Shown piece by piece: positions 8,738 to 16,960 of a DNA stretch of 30,940 nucleotides. Within the stretch, counting starts at the first letter, position 1; each line of letters opens with the position of its first letter. The notes beneath the pieces were generated by a model, which had not been told where the DNA came from, ran no database searches, and was given only the letters and a program-made list of their open reading frames with translations. The DNA is taken from contig JAQUKH010000030.1 of NCBI GenBank assembly GCA_028719205.1, forward strand, positions 1 through 30,940, written 5' to 3'. The stretch is from a bacterium. GTDB taxonomy: Bacteria; JACRDZ01; JAQUKH01. A program made the position numbers and the translations under genes.

Positions 8738-9940
8738 TTATCGTGTTTTTAATTGTACTATGCGGCTTATTACATTACCGTATTTATCAGCAAGGGCTGT
8801 GAAAGCAGGGCCGGCAGTCTGAGTACTTGTAATATATATTGTACCCGGATAAGTATATGTGATCGTAGCGCCAGCAGCTGTTGCATATGTACTGAAATGC
8901 GGTGTAAGTGTAAGCGTTAAGTTACTATTAGAAAGAGCCGCGGTAACATTGCTTGCGGCAGCGGTATCAAATACTGCGCCTGAAGCGCCGGATAATGTTC
9001 CAACAAACGTGGATTCGAATCCAGTTGTTAAACTTACGGCCTGATTAAATGTCAAAGTAAGAACACCCGTACTGTCAATAGTACCGGGTACAGAGTTTGA
9101 AGCAATATTAACATAAAGATTAGGATCTAAATTAGCTAATGCAATGGTTTGATCTACTTTATTGGTTCCGATAATAAACGAGGCTCCAGCGGCTCCGCCA
9201 AGTTGCTGACCCTGGAAAGTTAACGGATCAACAGTAACAGTATATTGTCCACCCAAAACAAGGGTTGAATCGGCAAATGTAGCTATACCGGCTGAGTCCG
9301 TTGTAGCGGATACATTCGGCATTAATCCCGCTGATGCAAGCAATCTGTTGCCGGTTTCAGCAATAGGAGTACTACCTGTAATATTCTGTTGTAAACGAAC
9401 GGTTGCGCCGCTAACGACTCTGGCGAAAGGATCTGTCACTTTGACAGTAACACTGCCTGCAGTAGTTCCTGTAGGGAAAAGATAAATATTCCCCAGCATA
9501 TTATATTTACCATCTACTCTCATAGAATCAGTCTTATCCGCGAATGTATTTACTGATAACGCGTTAGGAGTGACATTCCCTTTAAAATCTTGATAACCGT
9601 CTCTTGTAACGACTAATTGATATATTATATTTCCGGCATAAAGGTTAAATGGGATATTGTTATATGCGTAAAACCCATAATCCCTGTCATTAGTGTCGGT
9701 TACTAATACATCAGGATCACGGCGGTCTGAACCTTGATATAGACGCATTTTAAGAAGATCATTACCACCAAGGCGGCTGCCGGTTACGGCGTCAAAAATG
9801 AAGCCCTGTAAGGTTCCTGTTTTATTAAATTCACCGGATACTACATTATCACCTTTTTCTCCTTTGAAATTATCACATCCACTCGAGATTGCTGCTATAA
9901 ACAGCACAGCAAATAAAAATAATCCTAATCTTTTCATCAT
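8738..9940 (-). CDS. Thr/Ser/Gly/Ala-rich surface lipoprotein with Ig-like beta-strand repeats
   Basis: 400 aa. Lipobox AISSGC. Composition is dominated by T, S, G, A, V and N, with repeated beta-strand-like segments (TVTVDPLTF, TLTLTP, ITYTYPGTIYITST). Strong AAGGAGA ribosome binding site. A candidate promoter TTGATA-N17-TATATT lies at 10047-10075. Confidence 0.6.
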   Translation of the reverse strand: MMKRLGLFLFAVLFIAAISSGCDNFKGEKGDNVVSGEFNKTGTLQGFIFDAVTGSRLGGNDLLKMRLYQGSDRRDPDVLVTDTNDRDYGFYAYNNIPFNLYAGNIIYQLVVTRDGYQDFKGNVTPNALSVNTFADKTDSMRVDGKYNMLGNIYLFPTGTTAGSVTVKVTDPFARVVSGATVRLQQNITGSTPIAETGNRLLASAGLMPNVSATTDSAGIATFADSTLVLGGQYTVTVDPLTFQGQQLGGAAGASFIIGTNKVDQTIALANLDPNLYVNIASNSVPGTIDSTGVLTLTFNQAVSLTTGFESTFVGTLSGASGAVFDTAAASNVTAALSNSNLTLTLTPHFSTYATAAGATITYTYPGTIYITSTQTAGPAFTALADKYGNVISRIVQLKTR

Positions 9941-10046
9941 TTTCTCCTTATTTAATTTAATCGATCCCCCAATTGCAGAAATTCAGAGTATTTGATCCCC
10001 TCCTTTCTTTAATAATTTATTGAAATAATTAAATTAATGCCCGTTA

Positions 10047-10075
10047 AATATAGCAGATATTCTCACTTTTATCAA
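10047..10075 (-). promoter_or_regulatory. candidate sigma70-type promoter for the 8738..9940 lipoprotein gene
   Basis: Minus strand reads TTGATA (plus 10070-10075), a 17-nt spacer, then TATATT (plus 10047-10052). It lies about 100 nt upstream of the ATG at 9940. Confidence 0.3.
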
Positions 10076-10104
10076 AATATTCATATTTTGTCAATCAAAA
10101 ATTT

Positions 10105-13100
10105 TTATTTTTCCTCCGACAAACGGCGGAAATATCCCTCCACAAGTTCGCGGTATTCTAAAGGTATTTTATCCTCCTGCATATTTTCTATCTCGGACAA
10201 AATTTTCTTTTTGATGTCTTTAAAAGAATCCGGCAGGTCCTTTGGAGCTTCATTAATTCCAAAGTCCTGTCCGGTGGTTGATTTCCATTCTTTTCCTGCC
10301 TCGCGCTGCCTGATGGATTTCTGGGCGTCGAGCAGTCTTGTTAATATTTTCCGCTGTCTTTGCTGTACTTTTTCATCGGCTTCTTTGTTTTTTAATCCTT
10401 TTTCCACTTCTTCCATATCGCTTAAAGTCCCCCCGAAACTTCCTGATTTTTCGGAAAGAGACTGCATTTGTTTTTCCAATTCCTCCAGGGCCTGTTTAAT
10501 AAGGGATTGTTCAAACGCCATTTGCTGAAAAATATTTTCTTCCTGCGGGTTTAACCCTCCATTTTTTTTCATCAATCTATCAAGTTTTTTGGTAAGCTCA
10601 TTCAGATTTTCCTGCCGTTCGGAAAGTTTTTTCAATTCCTCCATAAATGAACCCGATCCGCCTCCGGGGGGGGCGTCTGAAAGGTCCTCATGCAGTTTAA
10701 TTAAATAAAGGGTTATACTGTTAACCTTTCCCATGCCTTCTTTCCCAAAGGAAAGCGCCTCCGGGGTTTGCCCGTTTTTCAATGCCTCAATGGACTGGCT
10801 GAGATTATCCTGAGCCTTTCGAATATTATCGGCTAAATGAGGATTAATAAATATAAATTTTTTTGATAATTCTTTGTATTCTTTTTCAAAAAGGTTGACA
10901 CCTTGTTTGAGGTTGTTTTCCTTTCCTGCCAGTTCCTGCCGTTTTTCTTCACTGACGCCTGACCGGGATTCGGATAAATTTTTTCTTGTCATTTCGTTTA
11001 TTTCATTTCCTGATGATGAAATTATCAGTCCGTAATCAATGGCCTTTTCAATAGCGGATAAAATTTCCTGCATGGATTTTTCTTTAAAATCTTCCTGTAT
11101 TTTGCTGAGTTTTTTGGAGAGGCCTTTTAACTCAGACGATATTTTCTCGTCAATTTTTTTACCGCCTTTTTTAACCGCGGATTCAAGCTCTTTTGTCAGC
11201 TCATCCATTTTCTTTTCTAATTCATTTTTTTCCATTTCATTGCTTGCCTCTTTGAGGCTTTCTGAAGTTTTTTTATCCATCTCTTTCAGGTCTTTGCTTA
11301 GTTTTTCAAGGTCATTTTTCACATCGTTAGTTTCTTTTTTTATGGATTTTTCTTCACTTACCGCTTTATCATCAGGGAAGATGTTTTTTTCCTGGCGGTT
11401 TGCCAATTTATCAACCTCATTAATTAAGGCCTCCAGTTTCTGTTCCGCAAGGGTTCGTTTTAATAAATTAAGCGTGCGGTCTATCTTTTCTTCGAATTCC
11501 TTTTGGTTAAAATTGGTTTCCATAAGTGATTTTTGTTTTTCTGAAAGGTTAGTCTGCTGCAGCGCTTTATTTATCTTCTCCATTAATTCTTTCATTTCAG
11601 CGGTTAAAACCTCATTGATCAGCTTTTGGATTTCAGCGATCTTTTCCAAAGTGTCTTCCTTAATAAAAGTACTCTTGGACAGCCTGTCAGTAGTGGTTTT
11701 CATATTTTTTAATATGTTCTCCAGATTCTCTTTGACTTTTTCCTCGCCTTTATGTATTGATTCCAGTTCTTTTTCTTTTGCCCAGTCAAATTCTTCCCCC
11801 TGGCTCATGCTGTTGATAAATTTTTCGGTCTTTTCTTTCAGGTCCTTTTGTTCCTTCAGGACATTCTGAAGTTTCAGGTTTTCAGACGTTTGGCTGTCTT
11901 CCGTGTCTTTATAGATCTCGAATAAAGAAGGAAAACGGATCTGGTAAGTATCAGACTTCCCGATATTCGGGCCGCTGATATTGTCATTGTCTTTTGCCTC
12001 AATATGATAGATTATTGTATCTCCCGGAAGAAAACCGAGCCCGGCTAAATTCCAGATGTAATCAAAAACAAGACTTTTATCCTGCGGACTTCCGGGTTTT
12101 TGCGTAAGCAGTATAGAGGCGGTTTCATTCCGGCTTAATATTTCAGCTTTTAATTCCACTGTGTCAATTCCATAGTCATCAAGCACGGAAATTTTTAACG
12201 GAACGATCATCCGCTCATCAATTGTTATATCTTTCCCCGGCTCAATTATTTTTACATCCGGAGGGTTGTCTAAGACAGCGTTAATTTTATATTGAGGGGA
12301 TTCGTTTGTGTATCCGTCTTTATCAAAAAGCTCAATATAATAGTTATCATCTTTTTTGACGGTTAACTCACCGCTTGCCTTGTTTTTCCGGATATTCATG
12401 GATATCTTTTTACCCGAAGGGAATTTCAGGCTCGCTGACTTAAGCTCTTTATTGCAGTCGATATTGATCTTTGCCCTGGTTCCGGTTATGGCTTTGATCC
12501 AGTTATCATTAACCGTTTTGGGAGGCAATTTTGTGTATTCAGGAAAAATAAGATCAACCTTAAGGTCGCGAATCTCAGGCTTTTCAATGATTTGAATAGT
12601 ATACTCAGGCGATTTCATATCTCCATGTGTAACATAATATTTTGTATCTTGTGTAATTTGAGAGAGCAGGGTCTGGTGTTTTGTATTTGTGATCCTGTTA
12701 AGGTCCTGAGTTTTTATTTCATTTCCGTTTGTCCAATAGAATATTTTTACATCGTTAAGGCTGGTCTTCAGGGAAAAGGCGGTTATCTCAATATCGTTTC
12801 CCGGAAATATTTTTGCGTTTCCCGGCGATATCTTTAACGGTATAGAGGGTGATACATTTTGAAACTCATTAGAAAAAAAAGACGAAGTCCCCGCGAACAT
12901 ATCGGGCGATATAATTATCAGCAATAATAAAAGCCCGGCCGCCGCGGCAAATATCCTAAGATCGTTTTTAAGGGGTTTCGCGGAAACAGCGTTTTTAAAA
13001 TTATACTTTGCAATAAGTTGTTCGGTATTTTCCAGATACGCGGAAATAAGGTTAAGAGAGTAACCATAGGTGTTATTATTAAAATATTTTTTTAATTGGA

Positions 13101-13410
13101 TATAATTGATAATTGTATATTTTAATTGCGGGATCTGATTCTCTATCAGAAAAGCTGTTTTCTCCGCGTTATATTTTTTGAAAACAGGGATCTGTAGAAA
13201 AACAAATATAAGTATGAAAAACAAAAAGGATCCGAATCTAAGGAGAGAAAGGAAACTGTAATTAGCATTGAACAAATTAATTATTGGCGTGATCGCAATA
13301 ACAAAAAACAGCGAGACGGTGAGGAATAAGATCATACCCTTGATGAATTCAATTCCCTTCAGCCTCAAAGAAAAATTATAAAGTTTTTGTTCCACAGTTT
13401 CCTTATTCAT
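10105..13410 (-). CDS. 1101-aa membrane-anchored giant coiled-coil protein (Lys/Glu-rich)
   Basis: Three N-terminal hydrophobic helices (ILFLTVSLFFVIAITPIINLF, FLFFILIFVFLQIPVF, IFAAAAGLLLLLIIISP). Then a beta-rich region of about 350 aa. Then more than 500 aa of heptad-like K/E/L/Q-rich sequence (EKQKSLMETNFNQKEFEEKIDRTLNLLKRTLAEQKLEALINEV...) with a short GGGSGS hinge. Codon usage is consistent across the whole frame. Confidence 0.65.
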   Translation of the reverse strand: MNKETVEQKLYNFSLRLKGIEFIKGMILFLTVSLFFVIAITPIINLFNANYSFLSLLRFGSFLFFILIFVFLQIPVFKKYNAEKTAFLIENQIPQLKYTIINYIQLKKYFNNNTYGYSLNLISAYLENTEQLIAKYNFKNAVSAKPLKNDLRIFAAAAGLLLLLIIISPDMFAGTSSFFSNEFQNVSPSIPLKISPGNAKIFPGNDIEITAFSLKTSLNDVKIFYWTNGNEIKTQDLNRITNTKHQTLLSQITQDTKYYVTHGDMKSPEYTIQIIEKPEIRDLKVDLIFPEYTKLPPKTVNDNWIKAITGTRAKINIDCNKELKSASLKFPSGKKISMNIRKNKASGELTVKKDDNYYIELFDKDGYTNESPQYKINAVLDNPPDVKIIEPGKDITIDERMIVPLKISVLDDYGIDTVELKAEILSRNETASILLTQKPGSPQDKSLVFDYIWNLAGLGFLPGDTIIYHIEAKDNDNISGPNIGKSDTYQIRFPSLFEIYKDTEDSQTSENLKLQNVLKEQKDLKEKTEKFINSMSQGEEFDWAKEKELESIHKGEEKVKENLENILKNMKTTTDRLSKSTFIKEDTLEKIAEIQKLINEVLTAEMKELMEKINKALQQTNLSEKQKSLMETNFNQKEFEEKIDRTLNLLKRTLAEQKLEALINEVDKLANRQEKNIFPDDKAVSEEKSIKKETNDVKNDLEKLSKDLKEMDKKTSESLKEASNEMEKNELEKKMDELTKELESAVKKGGKKIDEKISSELKGLSKKLSKIQEDFKEKSMQEILSAIEKAIDYGLIISSSGNEINEMTRKNLSESRSGVSEEKRQELAGKENNLKQGVNLFEKEYKELSKKFIFINPHLADNIRKAQDNLSQSIEALKNGQTPEALSFGKEGMGKVNSITLYLIKLHEDLSDAPPGGGSGSFMEELKKLSERQENLNELTKKLDRLMKKNGGLNPQEENIFQQMAFEQSLIKQALEELEKQMQSLSEKSGSFGGTLSDMEEVEKGLKNKEADEKVQQRQRKILTRLLDAQKSIRQREAGKEWKSTTGQDFGINEAPKDLPDSFKDIKKKILSEIENMQEDKIPLEYRELVEGYFRRLSEEK

Positions 13411-13543
13411 AACGATAAATTATTATACCATAAAAATATTATTTTAATATCATAGGCCTTTTTTATTATATGGAATGTTGCGGGGGAAAGGGGTGAAAAG
13501 TAGTGGAGTGTTTCCGATTATGCTGTTTTGTGCATAAAAACAC

Positions 13544-13576
13544 TTGACAAACAGTATTGTTAATAGTATTATTAAC
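13544..13576 (+). promoter_or_regulatory. sigma70-like promoter TTGACA-N17-TATTAT with overlapping palindromic operator GTTAATA-gtat-TATTAAC upstream of the Phd/YefM antitoxin gene
   Basis: -35 TTGACA at 13544-13549, exactly 17 nt, then -10 TATTAT at 13567-13572. The inverted repeat at 13559-13576 overlaps the -10. AGTATT is repeated four times across 13552-13596. The site is 40 nt upstream of the ATG at 13613 and is typical of an autoregulated TA operator. Confidence 0.5.
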
Positions 13577-13612
13577 AGTGTTATAAAAAGTATTATATGG
13601 AAAGGTTGTTAA

Positions 13613-13867
13613 ATGGATTATAAAATATCTGCGAATGAACTAAAGACAAAAGGCGTATCGGCTATAAAAGAAGCTACTGCTAATTATCCGGAGGCAGTTA
13701 TAACGGTAAGGGGTAAGAGCCGTTATGTTGTTATTCCAATCGAATCATATAATCATTTGAGGGAATGTGAACTGGAAGCCGCTATTATTGAATCCAAGAA
13801 AGATATAAAAAATGGTAAATATGTCCAGGAAAGTGTTGAAGATCACATTAAAAGACTAGTGCGCTGA
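13613..13867 (+). CDS. Phd/YefM-family type II antitoxin
   Basis: 84 aa. ...ISANELKTKGVSAIKEATANYPEAVITVRGKSRYVVIPIESYNHL matches the Phd/YefM core (ITkrGkpvaVvvsveeYe). Confidence 0.7.
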   Translation: MDYKISANELKTKGVSAIKEATANYPEAVITVRGKSRYVVIPIESYNHLRECELEAAIIESKKDIKNGKYVQESVEDHIKRLVR

Positions 13868-13913
13868 TAAATTAATTTTGATGCGATAGAATGCCCAGAT
13901 TTGAGACAATTTC

Positions 13914-14086
13914 AACGAACGACGACGCAGGCGTATCCTCTGCGATACGTCAAGGAGGAGTGAGGCAGAAATTGGCCAAAGATGGGTATTCCCGAAGGGC
14001 AGAGGTTCTTTTGCCCCGCTTCTGCGTTGCTCGTCGCTAACATACCGCAGAGGGTATGCTATGCTCCTCGTGCCTTGAATCAGGCC
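13914..14086. repeat. GC-rich, highly structured about 170-bp insertion separating antitoxin and toxin genes
   Basis: Abrupt GC-rich island in AT-rich DNA. It contains two similar local hairpins: cgtatc-ctctgc-gatacg (13933-13950) and catacc-gcagag-ggtatg (14041-14058). There is long-range complementarity between cgacgacgcag (13920-13930) and ctgcgt-tgc-tcgtcg (14021-14035), plus ccc-gaa-ggg and ggccaaag...cttttgcc pairs. The 5' end tttcAACGAAcg resembles the TTTTAACGAA end of the attC-like family at 25-30 kb. Confidence 0.5.
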
Positions 14087-14133
14087 AAAATAATCTCTGC
14101 TATCACATCAAAATAAATTTAACAGAGCACAAC

Positions 14134-14412
14134 ATGGCTAAAATAATATATACCGAAAGTTATATTAAACGGGCAAAGAAATTTGTTAAGAAACATCCTG
14201 AGATTATTAATCAATACGCTAAAACATTAAAATTGCTTGAAATTAATCCGTTTCATCCGTCCCTCAGGCTTCATAAATTAAAAGGCAGGCTTTCCAATCT
14301 ACATTCCGTATCAATAAATATCTCATACCGCATATCGATTGATTTTATAATTGAAAATGATACAATTATACCAATTGATATCGGTTCCCATGATGAAGTA
14401 TATCAAGATTAA
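14134..14412 (+). CDS. RelE/StbE-family type II toxin (mRNA interferase)
   Basis: Start is placed at the internal ATG at 14134 (MAKIIYTESYIKRAKKFVKKHPEI...). ...HKLKGRLSNLHSVSINISYRISIDFIIENDTIIPIDIGSHDEVY matches the RelE/ParE core (L.G.l.g..s.ri..dyRiiy.i.d..i.ii.igHR.d.Y). The ORF-track start at 14056 would add 26 residues read from the GC-rich insert. Confidence 0.7.
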   Translation: MAKIIYTESYIKRAKKFVKKHPEIINQYAKTLKLLEINPFHPSLRLHKLKGRLSNLHSVSINISYRISIDFIIENDTIIPIDIGSHDEVYQD

Positions 14413-14442
14413 ATTATTGCTACTTGAATATTAGGAAGGTAT

Positions 14443-14718
14443 ATGAGAGTTAGAAAAAACGAATTTAGGCGCGCGGAACCGCACATAGAATTAACGACAG
14501 GCGAGGTTATTCAAATGCTTCGTGAATTGAAAGAATGGACTCAGGAAGAATTGGCTAAACGCTCTGGTATTAACTCTACAAACATTAGTTTACTGGAAAA
14601 TGGCAGGGTAGATATTGGTAAAAAGCGGGCGGAACAATTGGCAAAGGCCTTCAATATCCATCCGGCAACTATCATGTTTCCCGAGTATGAGTCTTTGGAA
14701 ATAAAAAAAGCGGCGTAA
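14443..14718 (+). CDS. XRE-family helix-turn-helix transcriptional regulator (HigA-like position)
   Basis: 91 aa. LRELKEWTQEELAKRSGINSTNISLLENGRVDIGKKRAEQLAKAFNI is a Cro/C1-type HTH. AGGAAGG ribosome binding site. It lies 30 nt downstream of the RelE-type toxin, the same order as in higBA. Confidence 0.7.
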   Translation: MRVRKNEFRRAEPHIELTTGEVIQMLRELKEWTQEELAKRSGINSTNISLLENGRVDIGKKRAEQLAKAFNIHPATIMFPEYESLEIKKAA

Positions 14719-14729
14719 TAAAACTATAT

Positions 14730-15551
14730 TTATTTTTGTTTAAGTTTTCGGTTTTTCTGTGCCTTTTTTGCCTCGTTCCAAATTTTATCCAGCCCTTCAA
14801 GCGTATAATGCGAGAAATCTTTTCCGTCCCTTGCTATTTTTTCTTCGATGAATGTGAAGCGATTGATAAATTTACCGATGGTTTTGCTTAGGACCGTCTC
14901 AGGGTCTTTTTCAAGAAATCTCGCGATATTAACCAGTACGAAAAAAAGATCGCCGAGTTCCTCTTCCATGCCCTCGGAATCCTTTTTCTTGTACGCGCTT
15001 TTAAATTCAGCGAATTCCTCATCCAGTTTTGCGAATATATCCTCCACATGGTTCCAGTCAAAACCGACTCGTGCCGCTCTATCCTGCACGCGTTGAGCCC
15101 GCATTATTGCCGGCATGCTTTTAGGTATCCCGTCCAAAATAGATTTATTTTCAGATTTTTTATCGCCTTTTTCCTCTTTTTTTATCTTTTCCCAGTTGCT
15201 GAGAACGTCTTTTACTCCCTTTACCTTTGTGTTCTCAAAAACATGCGGGTGACGGCGGATCATCTTTTCACGGACATTTTTCAGAACATCTTCTATATCA
15301 AAAGATTTATTTTCGGAGGCTATCTGACAGTGGAAAATGACCTGGAATAAAAAATCGCCCAATTCTTCTTTTAATTTATCCGTATTATTTTCATCTATCG
15401 CTTCAATGACTTCGTAAGTCTCTTCTATTAACGAGGGTTTGAGCGAAAAATGGGTTTGTTTCAGATCCCAAGGGCACCCGTCTTTCGAACGCAGTTTTTC
15501 CATAACCTCAACAAGCCTGATAAATTCATTTTTAATATTTTCTTTTTTCAT
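14730..15551 (-). CDS. mazG: nucleoside triphosphate pyrophosphohydrolase MazG (tandem MazG domains)
   Basis: 273 aa. N-domain LRSKDGCPWDLKQTHFSLKPSLIEETYEVIEAI...ELGDFLFQVIFH and C-domain EFAEFKSAY...EELGDLFFVLVNIAR are both EExxE/D MazG motifs. Confidence 0.85.
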   Translation of the reverse strand: MKKENIKNEFIRLVEVMEKLRSKDGCPWDLKQTHFSLKPSLIEETYEVIEAIDENNTDKLKEELGDFLFQVIFHCQIASENKSFDIEDVLKNVREKMIRRHPHVFENTKVKGVKDVLSNWEKIKKEEKGDKKSENKSILDGIPKSMPAIMRAQRVQDRAARVGFDWNHVEDIFAKLDEEFAEFKSAYKKKDSEGMEEELGDLFFVLVNIARFLEKDPETVLSKTIGKFINRFTFIEEKIARDGKDFSHYTLEGLDKIWNEAKKAQKNRKLKQK

Positions 15552-16846
15552 AACAAATTAACCGCGAGCGAGGATAAATAGCTTCTTTCGCTTTTTTCAA
15601 GCGTAATGTGGCCGAATATTTCTTCGCCTTTAAAACGCTCGGCTACGTAGGTCAGGCCGTTGCTGTTTGAGTCGAGGTATGGGTTATCGATCTGATACGG
15701 GTCTCCCGTAAGGATAACCTTGGTGTTCTCTCCCGCGCGGCTTATAATGGTTTTAACCTCATGCGGGGTTAAGTTTTGGGCCTCGTCAACAATGAAATAC
15801 TGGTTCGGCAGGGTCCGGCCGCGGATATAAGTTACAGCCTCAAGTTCGATTCTTTCGGATTTAGAGATAGACTGGTAGGTTTCTTCCGTGTTTTTATTGC
15901 AGAACATCAGGTATTCCAGATTGTCGAAGATAGGCTGCATCCAATGTGAAAGTTTGGCGTCTTTGTCGCCGGGAAGAAAACCGATATCTTTTCCAAGCGG
16001 GACGATCGGACGGGATATCAATATTTTATTATATCTGTTCTCATTAAATGTTTTATGCAGGCCGGCGGCCATTGCCAGAAGCGTTTTTCCTGTACCCGCT
16101 GTGCCGACCAGAGTGACAAGTTTTATATCTTCGCAAAGCAAAAGCTCCATCGCGAAATGCTGCTGCATATTAAGGGGTTTTATTCCCCACGTGTTTGTTT
16201 TCTGATGAAAAAGCGGGACTATTTTATTAAGTTTTTTTAAATATTTAGTGAGAGCTGTTTTGTCAGGATTTATCTCGCTTTTTAGAAGGACAAATTGATT
16301 ATTATTAAGATCGGTGTTTTTCAGGACAAGTTCTTTATTTAAATAAAAATTATCAAGTTTTTCCTTGGATACCAGAATTTCCTTCCAGCCGGAATAAAGT
16401 TCTTCGATATTAACTTTTTGTTTTTCGTAATCCCGCGCGTCTATTCCTAACGCGTCCGCCTTGATACGAGCGTTTATGTCTTTGGTTACAAAAAATACGT
16501 TTTCGCCTTCTTTCTTTAATTTTAAAGCAGTCATTAAGATCTTATTATCAGCCGCCGCCAGATTCATACCGGAAGGGAGGTCAAATTCATAGTTTAATTC
16601 TATTCTTAACCTGCCTCCGTTGCTTAAGGGCACACCCTCGCTTAATTTCGCGCCGTCGGTTCGTAATCCGTCCAAAAATCTCGTTACAATCCTCGCGCTT
16701 CTGCCGCGTTCATCAGTAGAACTTTTAAACCTGTCCAATTCTTCAATTACAGTGATAGGGAGAACGACTTCATTATCTCCGAAAGACGTTAGTGAGTCGG
16801 GGTTGTGTATCAGGACATTGGTATCTATCACGAATGTTTTTTTCAA
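15548..16846 (-). CDS. PIN-domain / PhoH-like ATPase (PhoH2, YlaK-type)
   Basis: 432 aa. N-terminal PIN fold (FVIDTNVLIHNPD...). The C-terminal PhoH core has Walker A VGTAGTGKTLLAMAAG and the motif TGDPYQID. Its stop overlaps the mazG start by 4 nt (15548-15551). Confidence 0.85.
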   Translation of the reverse strand: MKKTFVIDTNVLIHNPDSLTSFGDNEVVLPITVIEELDRFKSSTDERGRSARIVTRFLDGLRTDGAKLSEGVPLSNGGRLRIELNYEFDLPSGMNLAAADNKILMTALKLKKEGENVFFVTKDINARIKADALGIDARDYEKQKVNIEELYSGWKEILVSKEKLDNFYLNKELVLKNTDLNNNQFVLLKSEINPDKTALTKYLKKLNKIVPLFHQKTNTWGIKPLNMQQHFAMELLLCEDIKLVTLVGTAGTGKTLLAMAAGLHKTFNENRYNKILISRPIVPLGKDIGFLPGDKDAKLSHWMQPIFDNLEYLMFCNKNTEETYQSISKSERIELEAVTYIRGRTLPNQYFIVDEAQNLTPHEVKTIISRAGENTKVILTGDPYQIDNPYLDSNSNGLTYVAERFKGEEIFGHITLEKSERSYLSSLAVNLL

Positions 16847-16960
16847 TTTGATTCCTCCTTTAAACTTAAAGTATACTAAAAAATAAAGATATGGGCAAAC
16901 TATATGTTATAATATCGGTTAAAAAAAGTTTGGTTATAGTAAAAAAAAGAGGAGGTATAT

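Noticed and set aside
11039-11869. 276-aa plus-strand ORF (Ser/Phe/Leu-rich) plus 79-163-aa neighbours inside the 1101-aa gene
   Set aside because: It is the antisense strand of a Lys/Glu-rich coiled-coil gene. AAR/GAR codons read backwards give YTT/YTC (F/L/S). There is no ribosome binding site and the composition is low-complexity.
14056-14133. Longer 118-aa start for the RelE-type toxin (MLCSSCLESGQ...)
   Set aside because: The extra 26 residues are read from the GC-rich insert and are Cys/Ser-rich nonsense. The conserved toxin core begins at the ATG at 14134.
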